Source: Candidatus Woesearchaeota archaeon
Lineage (GTDB): Archaea; Nanobdellota; Nanobdellia; Woesearchaeales; SKIA01
Assembly: GCA_046704725.1 (NCBI GenBank)
Contig: JBJKRI010000003.1
Location: 131,890-195,889, forward strand
Direction of reading: 5' to 3'
Length of the DNA: 64,000 nucleotides
A model generated the notes under the pieces. The model ran no database searches. It was not told the origin of the DNA and was given only the letters and a program-made list of their open reading frames with translations. Positions 1 to 9,495 of the stretch are shown here, one piece after another. Every line of letters starts with the position of its first letter. Position 1 is the stretch's first letter. The translations under genes and the position numbers were made by a program.

Positions 1-576
1 GGCCAGCAGTCTAACCATTTCCTCGTCCATCTCATCCCGTCCGACAAGCGGCTCGCGAAGTTCGCGTTGCCCGAGAACGCTCCGGGCGCCGAGCAAGACC
101 AACTGGCGCAGATGCTGCGCGCGAACCTGCCGCGCATGCTCGGTCCTGCCGCGGGGCGTTTCCCCGTCGCGAAGCAGCCCGAGACGCCTTCTCCGGGAGA
201 GCTCGCAGAACTCATCGCGCAGAACCCCGAGTTCCGCCAGATGCTCATCGAAAAACCCGAGGCTGTCCTCGCTGGCCTCGATGAGAATCCATCCCTCAAG
301 CCGCTCTTCGACGGCGTCGACGTCCATGAGTTGAGCGCGCGGCTCAAGGCGCAGGACGCTGGCGAGGGGCCGAAGGCTCCCGCGATCCCCCGCGCTGTCG
401 ATATCTCCGACGATGACTTGCGCTCGTTTATCGACGGCAACGAGAAGCTCCGCCAGTACCTGCTCGAGGATATCGATACGCTCAAGCGGGCCATCGAGGC
501 GCAGCCCAACCTGCAACGCTTCTTCGAGGACACCACGCCCGAGGCCGTGCGCGAGCGGTACGGAGGCGCTTCATGA
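1..576 (+). CDS. HIT-like family protein with C-terminal helical extension (5' truncated by window)
   Basis: Frame 1 is open from base 1 and reads GQQSNHFLVHLIP, a degenerate HIT motif (GQxVxHxHxHxIP); followed by a repeated L..NP.L helical region. Confidence 0.55.
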   Translation, partial: GQQSNHFLVHLIPSDKRLAKFALPENAPGAEQDQLAQMLRANLPRMLGPAAGRFPVAKQPETPSPGELAELIAQNPEFRQMLIEKPEAVLAGLDENPSLKPLFDGVDVHELSARLKAQDAGEGPKAPAIPRAVDISDDDLRSFIDGNEKLRQYLLEDIDTLKRAIEAQPNLQRFFEDTTPEAVRERYGGAS

Positions 577-1046
577 ACGTCTATGAGGACGGCGCGCTCG
601 TCGTCAGCCTTCCCGAGAAGCCCGCCGTGCCCGGCCACGTCGTCGTCACGCCCGTGCAAGAGGCGTCCCACCTGCGTGACCTTCCTCCCGAGGTGGTCGA
701 GCACTTGTTCACCGTCGCCTCCTTGACGGCCACGGCATTGTTCGAGGGTCTCGGCGCGCAGGGCACGAACATCCTGTGCGTGGAGGGCGACGGCCAGGTG
801 CATATCGATGTCCTGGCGCGGTCGCAGGACGACGGGCTCGACCTATTCTGGGAGCCCAAGCGCGCGGACCCTGCTGATCTGGATGCCGTCGCGTCCCAGG
901 TGAAAGAGCAGTTGTGGTACGTCGGCAAGGAAGAGCGTACCGAGGACAAGGAGGCCGTCGCCGAGGAGGTGCAAAAGACCAAGGAGGAGGTCGATGCCTC
1001 GCCCGAGGACAACTATAAGGTACGTCAGCTCTTCCGCACGCCGTAA
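573..1046 (+). CDS. HIT-like protein, degenerate histidine triad
   Basis: VYED..PAVPGHVVVTP..H N-terminus typical of HIT; triad region reads VHIDVLAR; ATGA overlap with upstream gene. Confidence 0.7.
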   Translation: MNVYEDGALVVSLPEKPAVPGHVVVTPVQEASHLRDLPPEVVEHLFTVASLTATALFEGLGAQGTNILCVEGDGQVHIDVLARSQDDGLDLFWEPKRADPADLDAVASQVKEQLWYVGKEERTEDKEAVAEEVQKTKEEVDASPEDNYKVRQLFRTP

Positions 1047-1078
1047 GGCTTAAGATTCTTGTTGCGGTCCAATGCTGC

Positions 1079-1639
1079 ATGCCTGTCGATTATCTCTCGC
1101 TCATCAGCAAGCACACCTCCGGCGAGGATCCCCGCACGGTCCCTGCGTTCATCATCCATTCCGCGCTCGTCACCAAGAAAGCCCTCGACGTCGCTTCCTC
1201 GTTCTTGGAGCGTCATTCCGACGCGAAGATAGACCTACGGTTGCTCGAGGAGATGGGCATGCTCCACGACATCGGTATTTTCCGGGTCGAGGAGCCGATG
1301 CTCTTCACGCATGGCCCGCAGCCGTACCTGTCCCACCTCACCCGCGGCCGCGAGATCCTCGAGGAGGAAGGCCTTCCGGTCCATGCCCGCGCGGCCATCG
1401 CGCATTCCGGCATCCCTAAGTCGCATGTCGTGGAGAAGGAGTTGCCGCTCGAGCACGTCGATCACTTGCCCAAGACCTCGGAGGAGGAGCTGCTGTACCT
1501 GGCGGACCAGTTCTTCACCAAGCGTTTCAGCCAATTGTTCCAGGAGCGGTCGCTCGAGCAGACGCGTTCCTACGTCGAGAAGCACGGGAAGGACCGCCTT
1601 GCTTTCTTCGATTCTCTCTGGAAGAAGTGGTCGTCCTAG
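1079..1639 (+). CDS. HD-domain phosphohydrolase (HDIG)
   Basis: H..LHDIG..H..G..IL..H..YLAD motifs. Confidence 0.85.
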   Translation: MPVDYLSLISKHTSGEDPRTVPAFIIHSALVTKKALDVASSFLERHSDAKIDLRLLEEMGMLHDIGIFRVEEPMLFTHGPQPYLSHLTRGREILEEEGLPVHARAAIAHSGIPKSHVVEKELPLEHVDHLPKTSEEELLYLADQFFTKRFSQLFQERSLEQTRSYVEKHGKDRLAFFDSLWKKWSS

Positions 1640-2307
1640 AGGTGCTTGAGGATATCTCTGAGGTCGGTCACGCTGTGGGTCGCGGCTTTCTGCAGCTCTG
1701 CGTGTCCCTTGAAGGCGAACGATAGTCCGACGTGCTTGGCGATGGCCACGTCGTTCTTGCCGTCGCCGCAGAACGCGCACTCCGCTACCTCCACATTGTA
1801 TTCGTTGCGGAGCAATTCCACGAAATCCACTTTCGCGTGCAGGTCCGAGGGCAGGATGTTCCAGTACCCGATGGTTCCGTCGTCGTTCCAGAGGTGTTTC
1901 ACGCTCGCGAGCGCGTGCGGGATGCGTAGCTCCTTCTGCGCTTTCCCCGCCTGTTCGAAGAAGCCTCCGCTGATGATGGCGGGCACGATTCCGCGCGCGT
2001 GCAGCCCTTCGAGCAGTTCGTGCGCTCCGTTTCCGTACGGCATCTCCTCGATGAGTTGCCGGAAGCGCGTCTTTGTCAGGCCGTATTTCTGGTGGACGTG
2101 CAGGCTCGCTTCGCACCAGTCGCCGTAGTTGCGGAAGCCCCCTTCCTCCCACTTGCGTACGAGCGCTCGGTCTTCTTCGATAGCTCCTGGCCCGAGCGCG
2201 TGCGGGATGCGCAGCCACAAGGAGTCCCCGTGCTCGGGGTCCGCTCTCGCGCTGTCCTCTCGGAACAGCGTGTTGTCCATGTCGAGGAAGAAGAGCTTGA
2301 TGGTCAT
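1636..2307 (-). CDS. HAD-superfamily phosphatase (phosphoserine phosphatase-like)
   Basis: DMDNTL motif I, ISGG motif II, GDGKND motif IV. Confidence 0.85.
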   Translation of the reverse strand: MTIKLFFLDMDNTLFREDSARADPEHGDSLWLRIPHALGPGAIEEDRALVRKWEEGGFRNYGDWCEASLHVHQKYGLTKTRFRQLIEEMPYGNGAHELLEGLHARGIVPAIISGGFFEQAGKAQKELRIPHALASVKHLWNDDGTIGYWNILPSDLHAKVDFVELLRNEYNVEVAECAFCGDGKNDVAIAKHVGLSFAFKGHAELQKAATHSVTDLRDILKHL

Positions 2308-2388
2308 AGGGCGAAGCATCAGGAGGTGGTATTTACGCTTTCGGGCCGCAACCCTTTAAAAGCGGCTGGCGCTTCCGTTGCTTGTTAC

Positions 2389-2460
2389 GGCGGTTGTAGT
2401 GTAACGGTAACATGGGAGACTGTGGATCTCCAGTAGAGGGTTCGACTCCCTCCTTCCGCC
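2389..2460 (+). tRNA. tRNA-His (GTG) with encoded G-1
   Basis: D arm GTGT/ACAT, anticodon arm GGAGA-CTGTGGA-TCTCC, T arm GAGGG-TTCGACT-CCCTC, discriminator C; TTTAAA box at ~2355. Confidence 0.9.
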
Positions 2461-2461
2461 C

Positions 2462-3004
2462 GTGGAGATCCATTTCCTGACGGGCAACCAGCACAAGCTC
2501 GAGGAGGCGCGCGGTATCCTGCAAGGGCATGACGTCCGTTCCATGAGGATCGACCTGCCGGAGCTCCAGAGCCTCGACCCGCAGGAGATCGTCGAGGCCA
2601 AGCTCTCCGCGGCGGACGCGCACCTCCATGGAAAGCCCTATTTCGTCGAGGACGTCTCGTTCTGGGTCGGCGACACGGGTTTTCCGGGTCCCTTATTCAA
2701 GTTCATGTATTCCGCGCTCGGCAGGGAGGGCGTCGTGCGTTTCGCGCGCGCCTTCGGCCAGGAGACCGCTCGGGCGGTCTGCACCATCGGCTTGCGGCTG
2801 CCCGGAAGGGATCCCGCGTACTTCACCGGTGAGGTCGTCGGTCGCATCGTCGATCCGCGCGGCGATTCTGGTTTCGGCTTCGACCCGATATTCGTTCCGG
2901 ACGGCAGCGAGCTGACCTGGGCGGAGATGGGCTCAAAGCTCAAGAGCGAGGATAGTCATCGTTCGCGGGCGCTTGAGCAGATGGTCGCGTATCTCGGCTC
3001 TTGA
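2462..3004 (+). CDS. rdgB: Non-canonical purine NTP pyrophosphatase (RdgB/HAM1)
   Basis: TGNQHKLEE, VED, GFGFDPIF, SHRSRAL motifs. Confidence 0.93.
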   Translation: MEIHFLTGNQHKLEEARGILQGHDVRSMRIDLPELQSLDPQEIVEAKLSAADAHLHGKPYFVEDVSFWVGDTGFPGPLFKFMYSALGREGVVRFARAFGQETARAVCTIGLRLPGRDPAYFTGEVVGRIVDPRGDSGFGFDPIFVPDGSELTWAEMGSKLKSEDSHRSRALEQMVAYLGS

Positions 3005-3362
3005 TGATATTCTCGATCGCTTCTGAGATAGTATCGCTAAGCAGTCTGCTATCATATCTGCGTTCGCCTGCGCGATATTCCGCAACTTCTCCATGGATTA
3101 CGGCATACCCCATCATAATGACTCCGATGCCGGCCCCGAACTCAGCACCTGCCGCAATAGGAAAACCGCCTGCAAGCGTGTGCGCGTGCTGAATAACTTC
3201 GGGGGTGATATGCGTCGCTGCGCTGTATAGTGCGTCCCGGATGTCATGCGCTTGCTGCAGAAATCCGTAGATTCGCGTCGTTCCATCCACTGCCAAGTAT
3301 GCGCCGACACCAGCATTTATTGCTGAAGATAATACTGCTGCCTTTGAGAATAGTCTTGACAT
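2940..3362 (-). CDS. Hypothetical membrane protein
   Basis: 140-aa ORF with two hydrophobic stretches, AT-rich upstream region, lower GC; overlaps rdgB 3' end. Confidence 0.5.
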   Translation of the reverse strand: MSRLFSKAAVLSSAINAGVGAYLAVDGTTRIYGFLQQAHDIRDALYSAATHITPEVIQHAHTLAGGFPIAAGAEFGAGIGVIMMGYAVIHGEVAEYRAGERRYDSRLLSDTISEAIENIIKSRDTRPSAQAPANDDYPRS

Positions 3363-3575
3363 ATTTGTGTAGACACCCCTCCATTAATAAATGTGTCTAT
3401 TTTACTCACTCATAAGTAGTATTTTAAGCAATTATTTGAATCATTTGCGGCGTTGCGCCCTGTGCAAGAAATTCCATACCTTTTTAAAGCGTCTCGGATT
3501 CGCCCCGGTATCACGCCCGAGTGCAAGCGTCTGAGGGCGGCCGAAAAGGCATTTCTTGCGCTCGATACGATACAC

Positions 3576-4016
3576 ATGGCAGAGAACGCAGACTTCAGGC
3601 ACATCGTCCGCATCGCCAACACAGACTTGGCGGGCGAGAAGAAGATAGTGGACGCCCTGCGCAAGATCAAGGGCGTCAGCTTCATGTTCGCCAGCGCCGT
3701 GTGCACGGCGGCGGGCGTCGACAAGAACGGCCGCATGGGCGACATCAAGGACGCCGACATCAAGAAGCTCCAGGCGGTCCTCGAGCAGCCCGTCAGTGCG
3801 GGCATCCCCGCGTGGATGCTCAACAGGCGCAAGGACTACGAGACCGGCGCGAACAAGCACCTGGTCGTCAACGACCTCTCCTTCACGCACGACAACGACC
3901 TCAAGCGGCTCAAGAAGATCCGTTCCTACCGCGGTGTGCGCCACCAGCACGGCCTGCCCGTGCGCGGACAGCGCACCCGCTCCAATTTCCGAAAGAACAA
4001 GGGGAAGAAGAGATAG
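3576..4016 (+). CDS. rps13: 30S ribosomal protein S13 (archaeal)
   Basis: FRHIVRIANTDL..IKGV..IPAWMLNRRKD..YRGVRHQHGLPVRGQRTRSN. Confidence 0.97.
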   Translation: MAENADFRHIVRIANTDLAGEKKIVDALRKIKGVSFMFASAVCTAAGVDKNGRMGDIKDADIKKLQAVLEQPVSAGIPAWMLNRRKDYETGANKHLVVNDLSFTHDNDLKRLKKIRSYRGVRHQHGLPVRGQRTRSNFRKNKGKKR

Positions 4017-4628
4017 ATGGGAGACATCAAGCGCATCCGGAAGAAGTACGAGACCCCGCGCCATCCGTGGAACCGCGAGCGCATCGACGCCGAGCGCGTC
4101 CAGAAGCGTGACTATGGACTGCGAAACAAGAAGGAGATCTGGAAGTTCGAATCCCTCCTGAAGGGGTTCAAGGACCAGATTAAGGCATTCCCCTCCATGG
4201 AGCCCGCGCAAGCGCAGTTCCAGGAGCAGAAGCTGCGCGAGCGCCTCAAGCGATTGGGCATCGTCACCGACGACACCCCGCTCGGAGAGGTCCTCGGTTA
4301 CGGCGTCGAGGTCATGCTCGACAGGCGGTTGCAGACCATCGTCTTCAAGCGCGGTCTCGCCCGCACGCCCAAGCAGGCGCGCCAGCTCATCAGCCACGAG
4401 CACATCACCGTGGGCGAGCGCACCGTGAACGCCCCGAGCTATATCGTGACCAAGGACGAGGAGTCCACCATCGCGTTCCATCCGTCCAGCCCGCTCTTCC
4501 GTGACGACCATCCCGAGCGGATGCAGCCCGAGGAGCAGCGTGCGCACCGCAAGAAGCACGTGCAAGCGGACGAGGATCCGCAGCCGGAGGTCGTCGAACT
4601 GACCGAGGAGGACAAGGACATTGAGTAG
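4017..4628 (+). CDS. rps4: 30S ribosomal protein S4 (archaeal)
   Basis: [38 protein letters not shown]. Confidence 0.97.
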   Translation: MGDIKRIRKKYETPRHPWNRERIDAERVQKRDYGLRNKKEIWKFESLLKGFKDQIKAFPSMEPAQAQFQEQKLRERLKRLGIVTDDTPLGEVLGYGVEVMLDRRLQTIVFKRGLARTPKQARQLISHEHITVGERTVNAPSYIVTKDEESTIAFHPSSPLFRDDHPERMQPEEQRAHRKKHVQADEDPQPEVVELTEEDKDIE

Positions 4629-5019
4629 GGACAATGAGCGCTGGGGCATCTGCCACATCTACGCCAGCTACAACAATACCATCATCCATATCACGGACAT
4701 CACCGGGGCGGAGACGATCGCTCTTGCCAGCGGCGGGCAGGTCGTCAAGCAGCACCGCCTGGAGAGCAGCCCGACAGCGGCGATGACGGCGGCCAAGAAG
4801 GCCGGCGAGATCGCGAAAGAGGCGGGCATCAACGCCTTGCATGTCAAGGTCCGCGCGCCGGGAGGCCACAACGGCCCCTCGAACCCCGGTCCCGGCTCCC
4901 AGCCGGCCGTCCGGTCGTTGTCGCGCATGGGTTTCCGCATCGGCCTGATCGAGGACGTCACGCCGGTGCCGCATGACGGTTGCCGCAAGAAGGGCGGTCG
5001 TCGGGGGAGGCGAGTATGA
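4621..5019 (+). CDS. rps11: 30S ribosomal protein S11
   Basis: [42 protein letters not shown]. Confidence 0.97.
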   Translation: MSRDNERWGICHIYASYNNTIIHITDITGAETIALASGGQVVKQHRLESSPTAAMTAAKKAGEIAKEAGINALHVKVRAPGGHNGPSNPGPGSQPAVRSLSRMGFRIGLIEDVTPVPHDGCRKKGGRRGRRV

Positions 5020-5801
5020 ACATGGAGAAGCTCTTCGAGGACGGTAATGTGCTCGCTTTGCACATCACGGGCGTCCTGCCCGCGTACATCAACACGCTGC
5101 GTCGTTACATGGCCAGCCGCGTGCCGACCATGGCGATCGACAGCGTGGAGTTCAAGAGCAACAACAGCATCCTGTACGACGAGATGGTCGCGCACCGTCT
5201 CGGATTGCTCCCCCTCACCACCGACCTGGAGACCTATCGCCTTCCCAAGGAGGAATGGATCGAGCCCACGGGCGATCCCCGCGTCGAGGTCCAGCTCTCG
5301 TTGAAGGTGCCGAAGGTCAAGTCAGAGACCGTGGTCCGCGCCAAGGATCTCTCGACCAAGGACAAGAAGATCGTGCCGGTCTACCCTGACATGCCGATCG
5401 TCAAGCTCATGGAAGGACAGGACATCGAGCTCGTCGCGACCGCTCGCCTCGGTATCGGGGAGGGGCACGCGAAGTGGAGCCCCGGTCACGTCTGGTACCG
5501 CCATTTCCCGCATATCGCCATCAAGAAGCAGCCCAAGGACCCCAAGGCACTGGTTGAGCGCTTCCCCGGCGTGTTCGAGGTCAAGGGCGGCAAGCTCGCG
5601 CTCACCAAGGACGCCGCGTACCGGATGCCCGACATGGATATCGCCGACGACGGGATCGAGGTCTCGTTCGCCGACGACGACTACATCCTCACGGTCGAGA
5701 GTTGGGGACAGCTCACGCCCAAGGAGATAGTGAATCAAGCGTTCAGTGCGTACGACGACCAGCTCGACGAGTTCGCCAAGCTGGTGAAGGAGATCAAATG
5801 A
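5016..5801 (+). CDS. rpoD: DNA-directed RNA polymerase subunit D (Rpo3)
   Basis: [37 protein letters not shown]; no Fe-S cysteines seen. Confidence 0.95.
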   Translation: MNMEKLFEDGNVLALHITGVLPAYINTLRRYMASRVPTMAIDSVEFKSNNSILYDEMVAHRLGLLPLTTDLETYRLPKEEWIEPTGDPRVEVQLSLKVPKVKSETVVRAKDLSTKDKKIVPVYPDMPIVKLMEGQDIELVATARLGIGEGHAKWSPGHVWYRHFPHIAIKKQPKDPKALVERFPGVFEVKGGKLALTKDAAYRMPDMDIADDGIEVSFADDDYILTVESWGQLTPKEIVNQAFSAYDDQLDEFAKLVKEIK

Positions 5802-5883
5802 GGGTGTGCCGGAGTGGTCAAACGGGCACGCTTGAGGGGCGTGTGGCTTAGTGCCTGCGAGGGTTCGAACCCCTTCACCCTCA
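5800..5883 (+). tRNA. tRNA-Leu (GAG)
   Basis: GAGGGTG/CACCCTC acceptor, CACGC-TTGAGGG-GCGTG anticodon arm, long variable arm, GGTTCGAAC T loop; overlaps rpoD stop codon. Confidence 0.95.
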
Positions 5884-5899
5884 GACAACGGAGACAACG

Positions 5900-6229
5900 A
5901 TGAACCAAAAACGGATGCGCCTCATCCAAGAGGCACAAAAGCAGGGCAGCGCGTTCTGGACGCGTGTGGCCGACGACCTCGCCAAGCCTGGCAGGAATCG
6001 GCGCCACGTGAACCTCTCGCGATTGTCGCGCGCGACCAAGGACGGCGAGACCGTCATCGTCCCGGGCAAGGTGCTCGGTGATGGTGAAGTGGCCCATACC
6101 TTCACGGTCGCTGCGTTCGACTTCAGCGAGAGCGCCCGCGTCAAGCTGTCCGCGGCTAAGTGCACCGCCATGACCATCGAGGAGTTCCTCAAGAAGCATC
6201 CCAAGGGCGCGGGGAGGATCATCGGATGA
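5900..6229 (+). CDS. rpl18e: 50S ribosomal protein L18e
   Basis: W..VA..L..P.R....VNLSRL..VIVPGKVLGDG..AAFDFSESA; operon position. Confidence 0.95.
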   Translation: MNQKRMRLIQEAQKQGSAFWTRVADDLAKPGRNRRHVNLSRLSRATKDGETVIVPGKVLGDGEVAHTFTVAAFDFSESARVKLSAAKCTAMTIEEFLKKHPKGAGRIIG

Positions 6230-6627
6230 TCATCGACGCGACCGGCCTGAAGGTCGGACGGCTCTCGACGGTCGTCGCGAAGGCGGCGCTCTCCGGAGAG
6301 AAGGTGGATATCATCAATGTCGAGCGCGCGGTCTTCACTGGCAGCAAGGACGACCTCGTCAAGAAATACATGCAGCGCCATTCCCGTGGCGGTCCGCACT
6401 GGGGACCGTTCTACCCGCGCATGCCCGACCGCCTGGTCCGGCGCATCATCAGGGGCATGCTCCCCTACAAGACGCCGCGCGGACGCGACGCGTTCAAGCG
6501 CGTCATGTGCTACATCGGCAATCCCAAGGACGAGAAGGGCGTGTCTATCGAGGACGCGCACATTGGCGAGACCATGCAGTACGTCACCGTCAAGGAATTG
6601 TGCAATCTCATCGGAGGCAGACAATGA
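6226..6627 (+). CDS. rpl13: 50S ribosomal protein L13
   Basis: IIDA....GRLS..VAK..GPFYPRMPD..RGMLPYK..RGR.AFKR. Confidence 0.96.
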   Translation: MIIDATGLKVGRLSTVVAKAALSGEKVDIINVERAVFTGSKDDLVKKYMQRHSRGGPHWGPFYPRMPDRLVRRIIRGMLPYKTPRGRDAFKRVMCYIGNPKDEKGVSIEDAHIGETMQYVTVKELCNLIGGRQ

Positions 6628-7019
6628 AGCAGATCATCACGACCGGCAAGCGTAAGAGCGCTGTCGCAACGGCCAAGCTCACCGCGGGCACGGGCAAGGT
6701 GCTCGTCAATCACATTCCCGTGGAATCCGCGGGCGCGCGTCTCTACGTATTGCGTATGCGCGAGCCGCTCATCCTCGCTGGCGATGTCGTCAACAAGGTG
6801 GACATCAGCGTCACTACGCACGGCGGCGGAATGGCCGCGCAGGCCGACGCCGTCCGTCTCGCGATCGCGAAAGCCTTGGCCCAGCACAAGAAAGCGCTCG
6901 AACAGGTCTTCTTGGACTACGACCGTACCTTGCTGGTCGCCGACGTGCGTCGCAAGGAGCCGCGAAAGCCCAACACGCGCGGGCATGCGAGATCAAAACG
7001 GCAGAAATCCTATCGGTAG
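6624..7019 (+). CDS. rps9: 30S ribosomal protein S9
   Basis: GKRKSAVA..GGG..AQADAVR..YDRTLLVAD.RRKE..ARSKRQKSYR. Confidence 0.97.
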   Translation: MKQIITTGKRKSAVATAKLTAGTGKVLVNHIPVESAGARLYVLRMREPLILAGDVVNKVDISVTTHGGGMAAQADAVRLAIAKALAQHKKALEQVFLDYDRTLLVADVRRKEPRKPNTRGHARSKRQKSYR

Positions 7020-7097
7020 GGATTCTGGCGCTTGCCATCTCTTTCGCAATTCCTCTCTCGCCGGATAGATTTTTCCGGAACGTCATGCGAACGGCAC

Positions 7098-7553
7098 ATG
7101 AATGGTGAAGACCATCCGTATCGCATGAGAAGTCAACGACGCCATAAGGTGGCAGGCATCGGCAAGCTCGTCGGCATCGGCATGGTCTTCATGGCCGGCG
7201 CGTACGCGCAGAAGTGTGGGAGCGTCACAACGAAGGTCAGCACGGCGTATCATGGTGCGGTCTCGAGCATCAGTCAGGAGTTCCATGGTGGCACCCCCGT
7301 CGCGGCCGAGGATTTCGTCAACGCGCTCAAGCACGACAAGCATCCGGTGCGGTACAGTAACCAGATACTCGGCGCTGTCGTCGCCGGCGCAACAGCGCTC
7401 GACAATCAGGACCGTGCGCAAGCAGCGTCCGCGCTCATCGGCATGACGCCCGACAGCATCGCCTACGAAGTGATCTCGCAGCGCATGCACGCGCTGTCCG
7501 GGAACTATCGCTTGCGCATGCTCGCTGACGCGGCGAAAGACGCGATCAGGTGA
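7098..7553 (+). CDS. Hypothetical protein with N-terminal TM segment
   Basis: ORF fills the gap after rps9; LVGIGMVFMAGAY hydrophobic helix; start uncertain. Confidence 0.55.
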   Translation: MNGEDHPYRMRSQRRHKVAGIGKLVGIGMVFMAGAYAQKCGSVTTKVSTAYHGAVSSISQEFHGGTPVAAEDFVNALKHDKHPVRYSNQILGAVVAGATALDNQDRAQAASALIGMTPDSIAYEVISQRMHALSGNYRLRMLADAAKDAIR

Positions 7554-7977
7554 TCGCGGCGAGCACGTCCTTCTCGGTCTTTCCGGGCTTGTGCTTCCAC
7601 TGCTTGACGATCTTCCCGTCAGCAATCAGGAAGGTCGTGCGCTCGATGCCCATGTACGACTTGCCCATGAACGAGCGCTTCTTCCACACGCCATACTTCT
7701 CGGCAACCTTGTGCTCGGGGTCGGCGAGCATCGTGAACGGGAAGCTGTACTTGTCGCGGAAGTCGCAGACCGCGGACAACGGGTCCGGGCTGACTCCCCA
7801 GACCATCGCTCCGGCCTCGATGAATTTCGGATAAAGCTCCTTGAACTCCTTCGCTTCGATCGTGCATCCGGGCGTGTTCGCTTTGGGATAGAAATAGAGC
7901 ACCACGGTGCCTTTCTTCGGGAGCGTGACTTTCTCGTCCTCTGTGTCTATCAGCGTGAATGTCGGTGCGTTCTCCAT
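7546..7977 (-). CDS. bcp: Peroxiredoxin Bcp/PrxQ
   Basis: VVLYFYPKANTPGCTIEA..GVSPD..ERTTFLI. Confidence 0.95.
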   Translation of the reverse strand: MENAPTFTLIDTEDEKVTLPKKGTVVLYFYPKANTPGCTIEAKEFKELYPKFIEAGAMVWGVSPDPLSAVCDFRDKYSFPFTMLADPEHKVAEKYGVWKKRSFMGKSYMGIERTTFLIADGKIVKQWKHKPGKTEKDVLAAIT

Positions 7978-8100
7978 ACTCGAGCGCAATGCAGCGGCTT
8001 ACTTATCGTTTTCGGGCGTGCACCACTACAATACACTGTATCACCGTCCTTGAATGATTGATAACGTAAGCGTTAAAAGGGGTCGGTCTCGTCTCTGACT

Positions 8101-9492
8101 GTGAAAGGGAAGTTCTCTGCGGGCGTGAAACGCTTCCTGCACGACAACGTCTACATCAACAAGGTCCCGTCGTACGGGAACACCATCTTCTATTCCTTCG
8201 GGATGATCCTCATCACCTTGTTCTTGTTCCTCGGCGTGACCGGGATATTGCTCGCGTTCGCCGGATCGTCGTGGTGGCTGTCCAGCGGCATCGGCACCTA
8301 CGTGCGCAGCGTGCACATGTGGGCCGCACAGGCCTTCCTGCTCTTCTTGCTGCTCCACCTGCTCGTCACTTTCTCCACATCTGCATTCAAGCACAAGAAG
8401 GTCGTCTGGCTCGTCGGCGTCGCGATGTTCTTCTTGTTCATCATCCAGACCGAGTTCGGCTACACGATACGAAATGACTTCTCGTCGCAGTGGCGCGCCC
8501 TCCAGGGAGCGGACTTCTGGAACGGCAACATCCTGGGACATCTCGTCAATCCGTTGAACTACTCGCAGGCCTTCTTCATCCACATCCTGCTCATCCCGCT
8601 CGTTCTCGTCATCGCGGTCATCATCCACTACGGCATCGTCCGGGCGAAAGGCCTCTCCAAGCCCTACAAGAAGGGCATCAAGTACAAGATGGTCGAGGCG
8701 AACCACAAGGTTCTCTACATCCGCGCGCTCATCATCATCGCCGTCGTGCTGCTGCTCGGTTTCATCCTGCCGTCGCCGACGATGCCGCAAGCGACCCTCA
8801 AGCAGGTCTCGACCCAGAGCCCGTCCGCCTTCGCGCATACGGTGATCGAGGAATACACGCATGCATCGGACACCGCGATGTACGATGACACCATCGACCC
8901 ATATACGTTCGACACCAGGACTGTCTTCGTGACCGACCCGTACAAGGCCTATATCAAGTCGAGCGGGAAAAAAGACCGTTTGTCGCAGTTCGAGGCGGCT
9001 CCCCTCAAGGCGCAGGGAACGTACCTCAACACCGCGGCAAGCTATTTCAAGGCGAACGGTTCGCTCGACGAGTCCAATTCTAATCCCATGATATCCGTGG
9101 CGAGCTCGCTCACGATCATGGCGCAGAGCGGCTTGTACGGCGCAGAGCTCAGGACAGACCTGCCGCAGGACAATCCGACGATCGCCTACCGCATGCTGTC
9201 CGACACGGGATACATGGACGCGAAGGCGAACACCCTCGGCCTGAGCCTGGAGAACTACGGGATGCTCAAGGACGAGAAGGGCGGTGGGATATTCCCGCCG
9301 AACTCGTGGTGGATGGCGCCCATCAACCTGCTCGACAACACCGTGCTCAAGAACGATCCTAACCAGGACCGTGACAACGCCGAGGTCGTCGGTATCCTCC
9401 TGCTCTTGCTCGCGACGCTCCCGTGGTTGCCGTTCGTGCGCGAGATCCCCGATAAGCTGCGCTTGTACCTGCTCTTCTGGCGGAAGGGGTGA
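8101..9492 (+). CDS. Cytochrome b/b6 N-terminal-domain membrane protein with large extracytoplasmic domain
   Basis: YSFG..GVTGILLA..RSVHMWAA..LLLHLL..W..GV..FGY..FIHILLIP..IIHY; four heme-ligand His with canonical spacing. Confidence 0.8.
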   Translation: MKGKFSAGVKRFLHDNVYINKVPSYGNTIFYSFGMILITLFLFLGVTGILLAFAGSSWWLSSGIGTYVRSVHMWAAQAFLLFLLLHLLVTFSTSAFKHKKVVWLVGVAMFFLFIIQTEFGYTIRNDFSSQWRALQGADFWNGNILGHLVNPLNYSQAFFIHILLIPLVLVIAVIIHYGIVRAKGLSKPYKKGIKYKMVEANHKVLYIRALIIIAVVLLLGFILPSPTMPQATLKQVSTQSPSAFAHTVIEEYTHASDTAMYDDTIDPYTFDTRTVFVTDPYKAYIKSSGKKDRLSQFEAAPLKAQGTYLNTAASYFKANGSLDESNSNPMISVASSLTIMAQSGLYGAELRTDLPQDNPTIAYRMLSDTGYMDAKANTLGLSLENYGMLKDEKGGGIFPPNSWWMAPINLLDNTVLKNDPNQDRDNAEVVGILLLLLATLPWLPFVREIPDKLRLYLLFWRKG

Positions 9493-9495
9493 GCG

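Noticed and set aside
3525-3560. CTGAGG..GCCGAAA as a hammerhead ribozyme
   Set aside because: The CUGANGA core and stem II-GAAA arrangement are not satisfied
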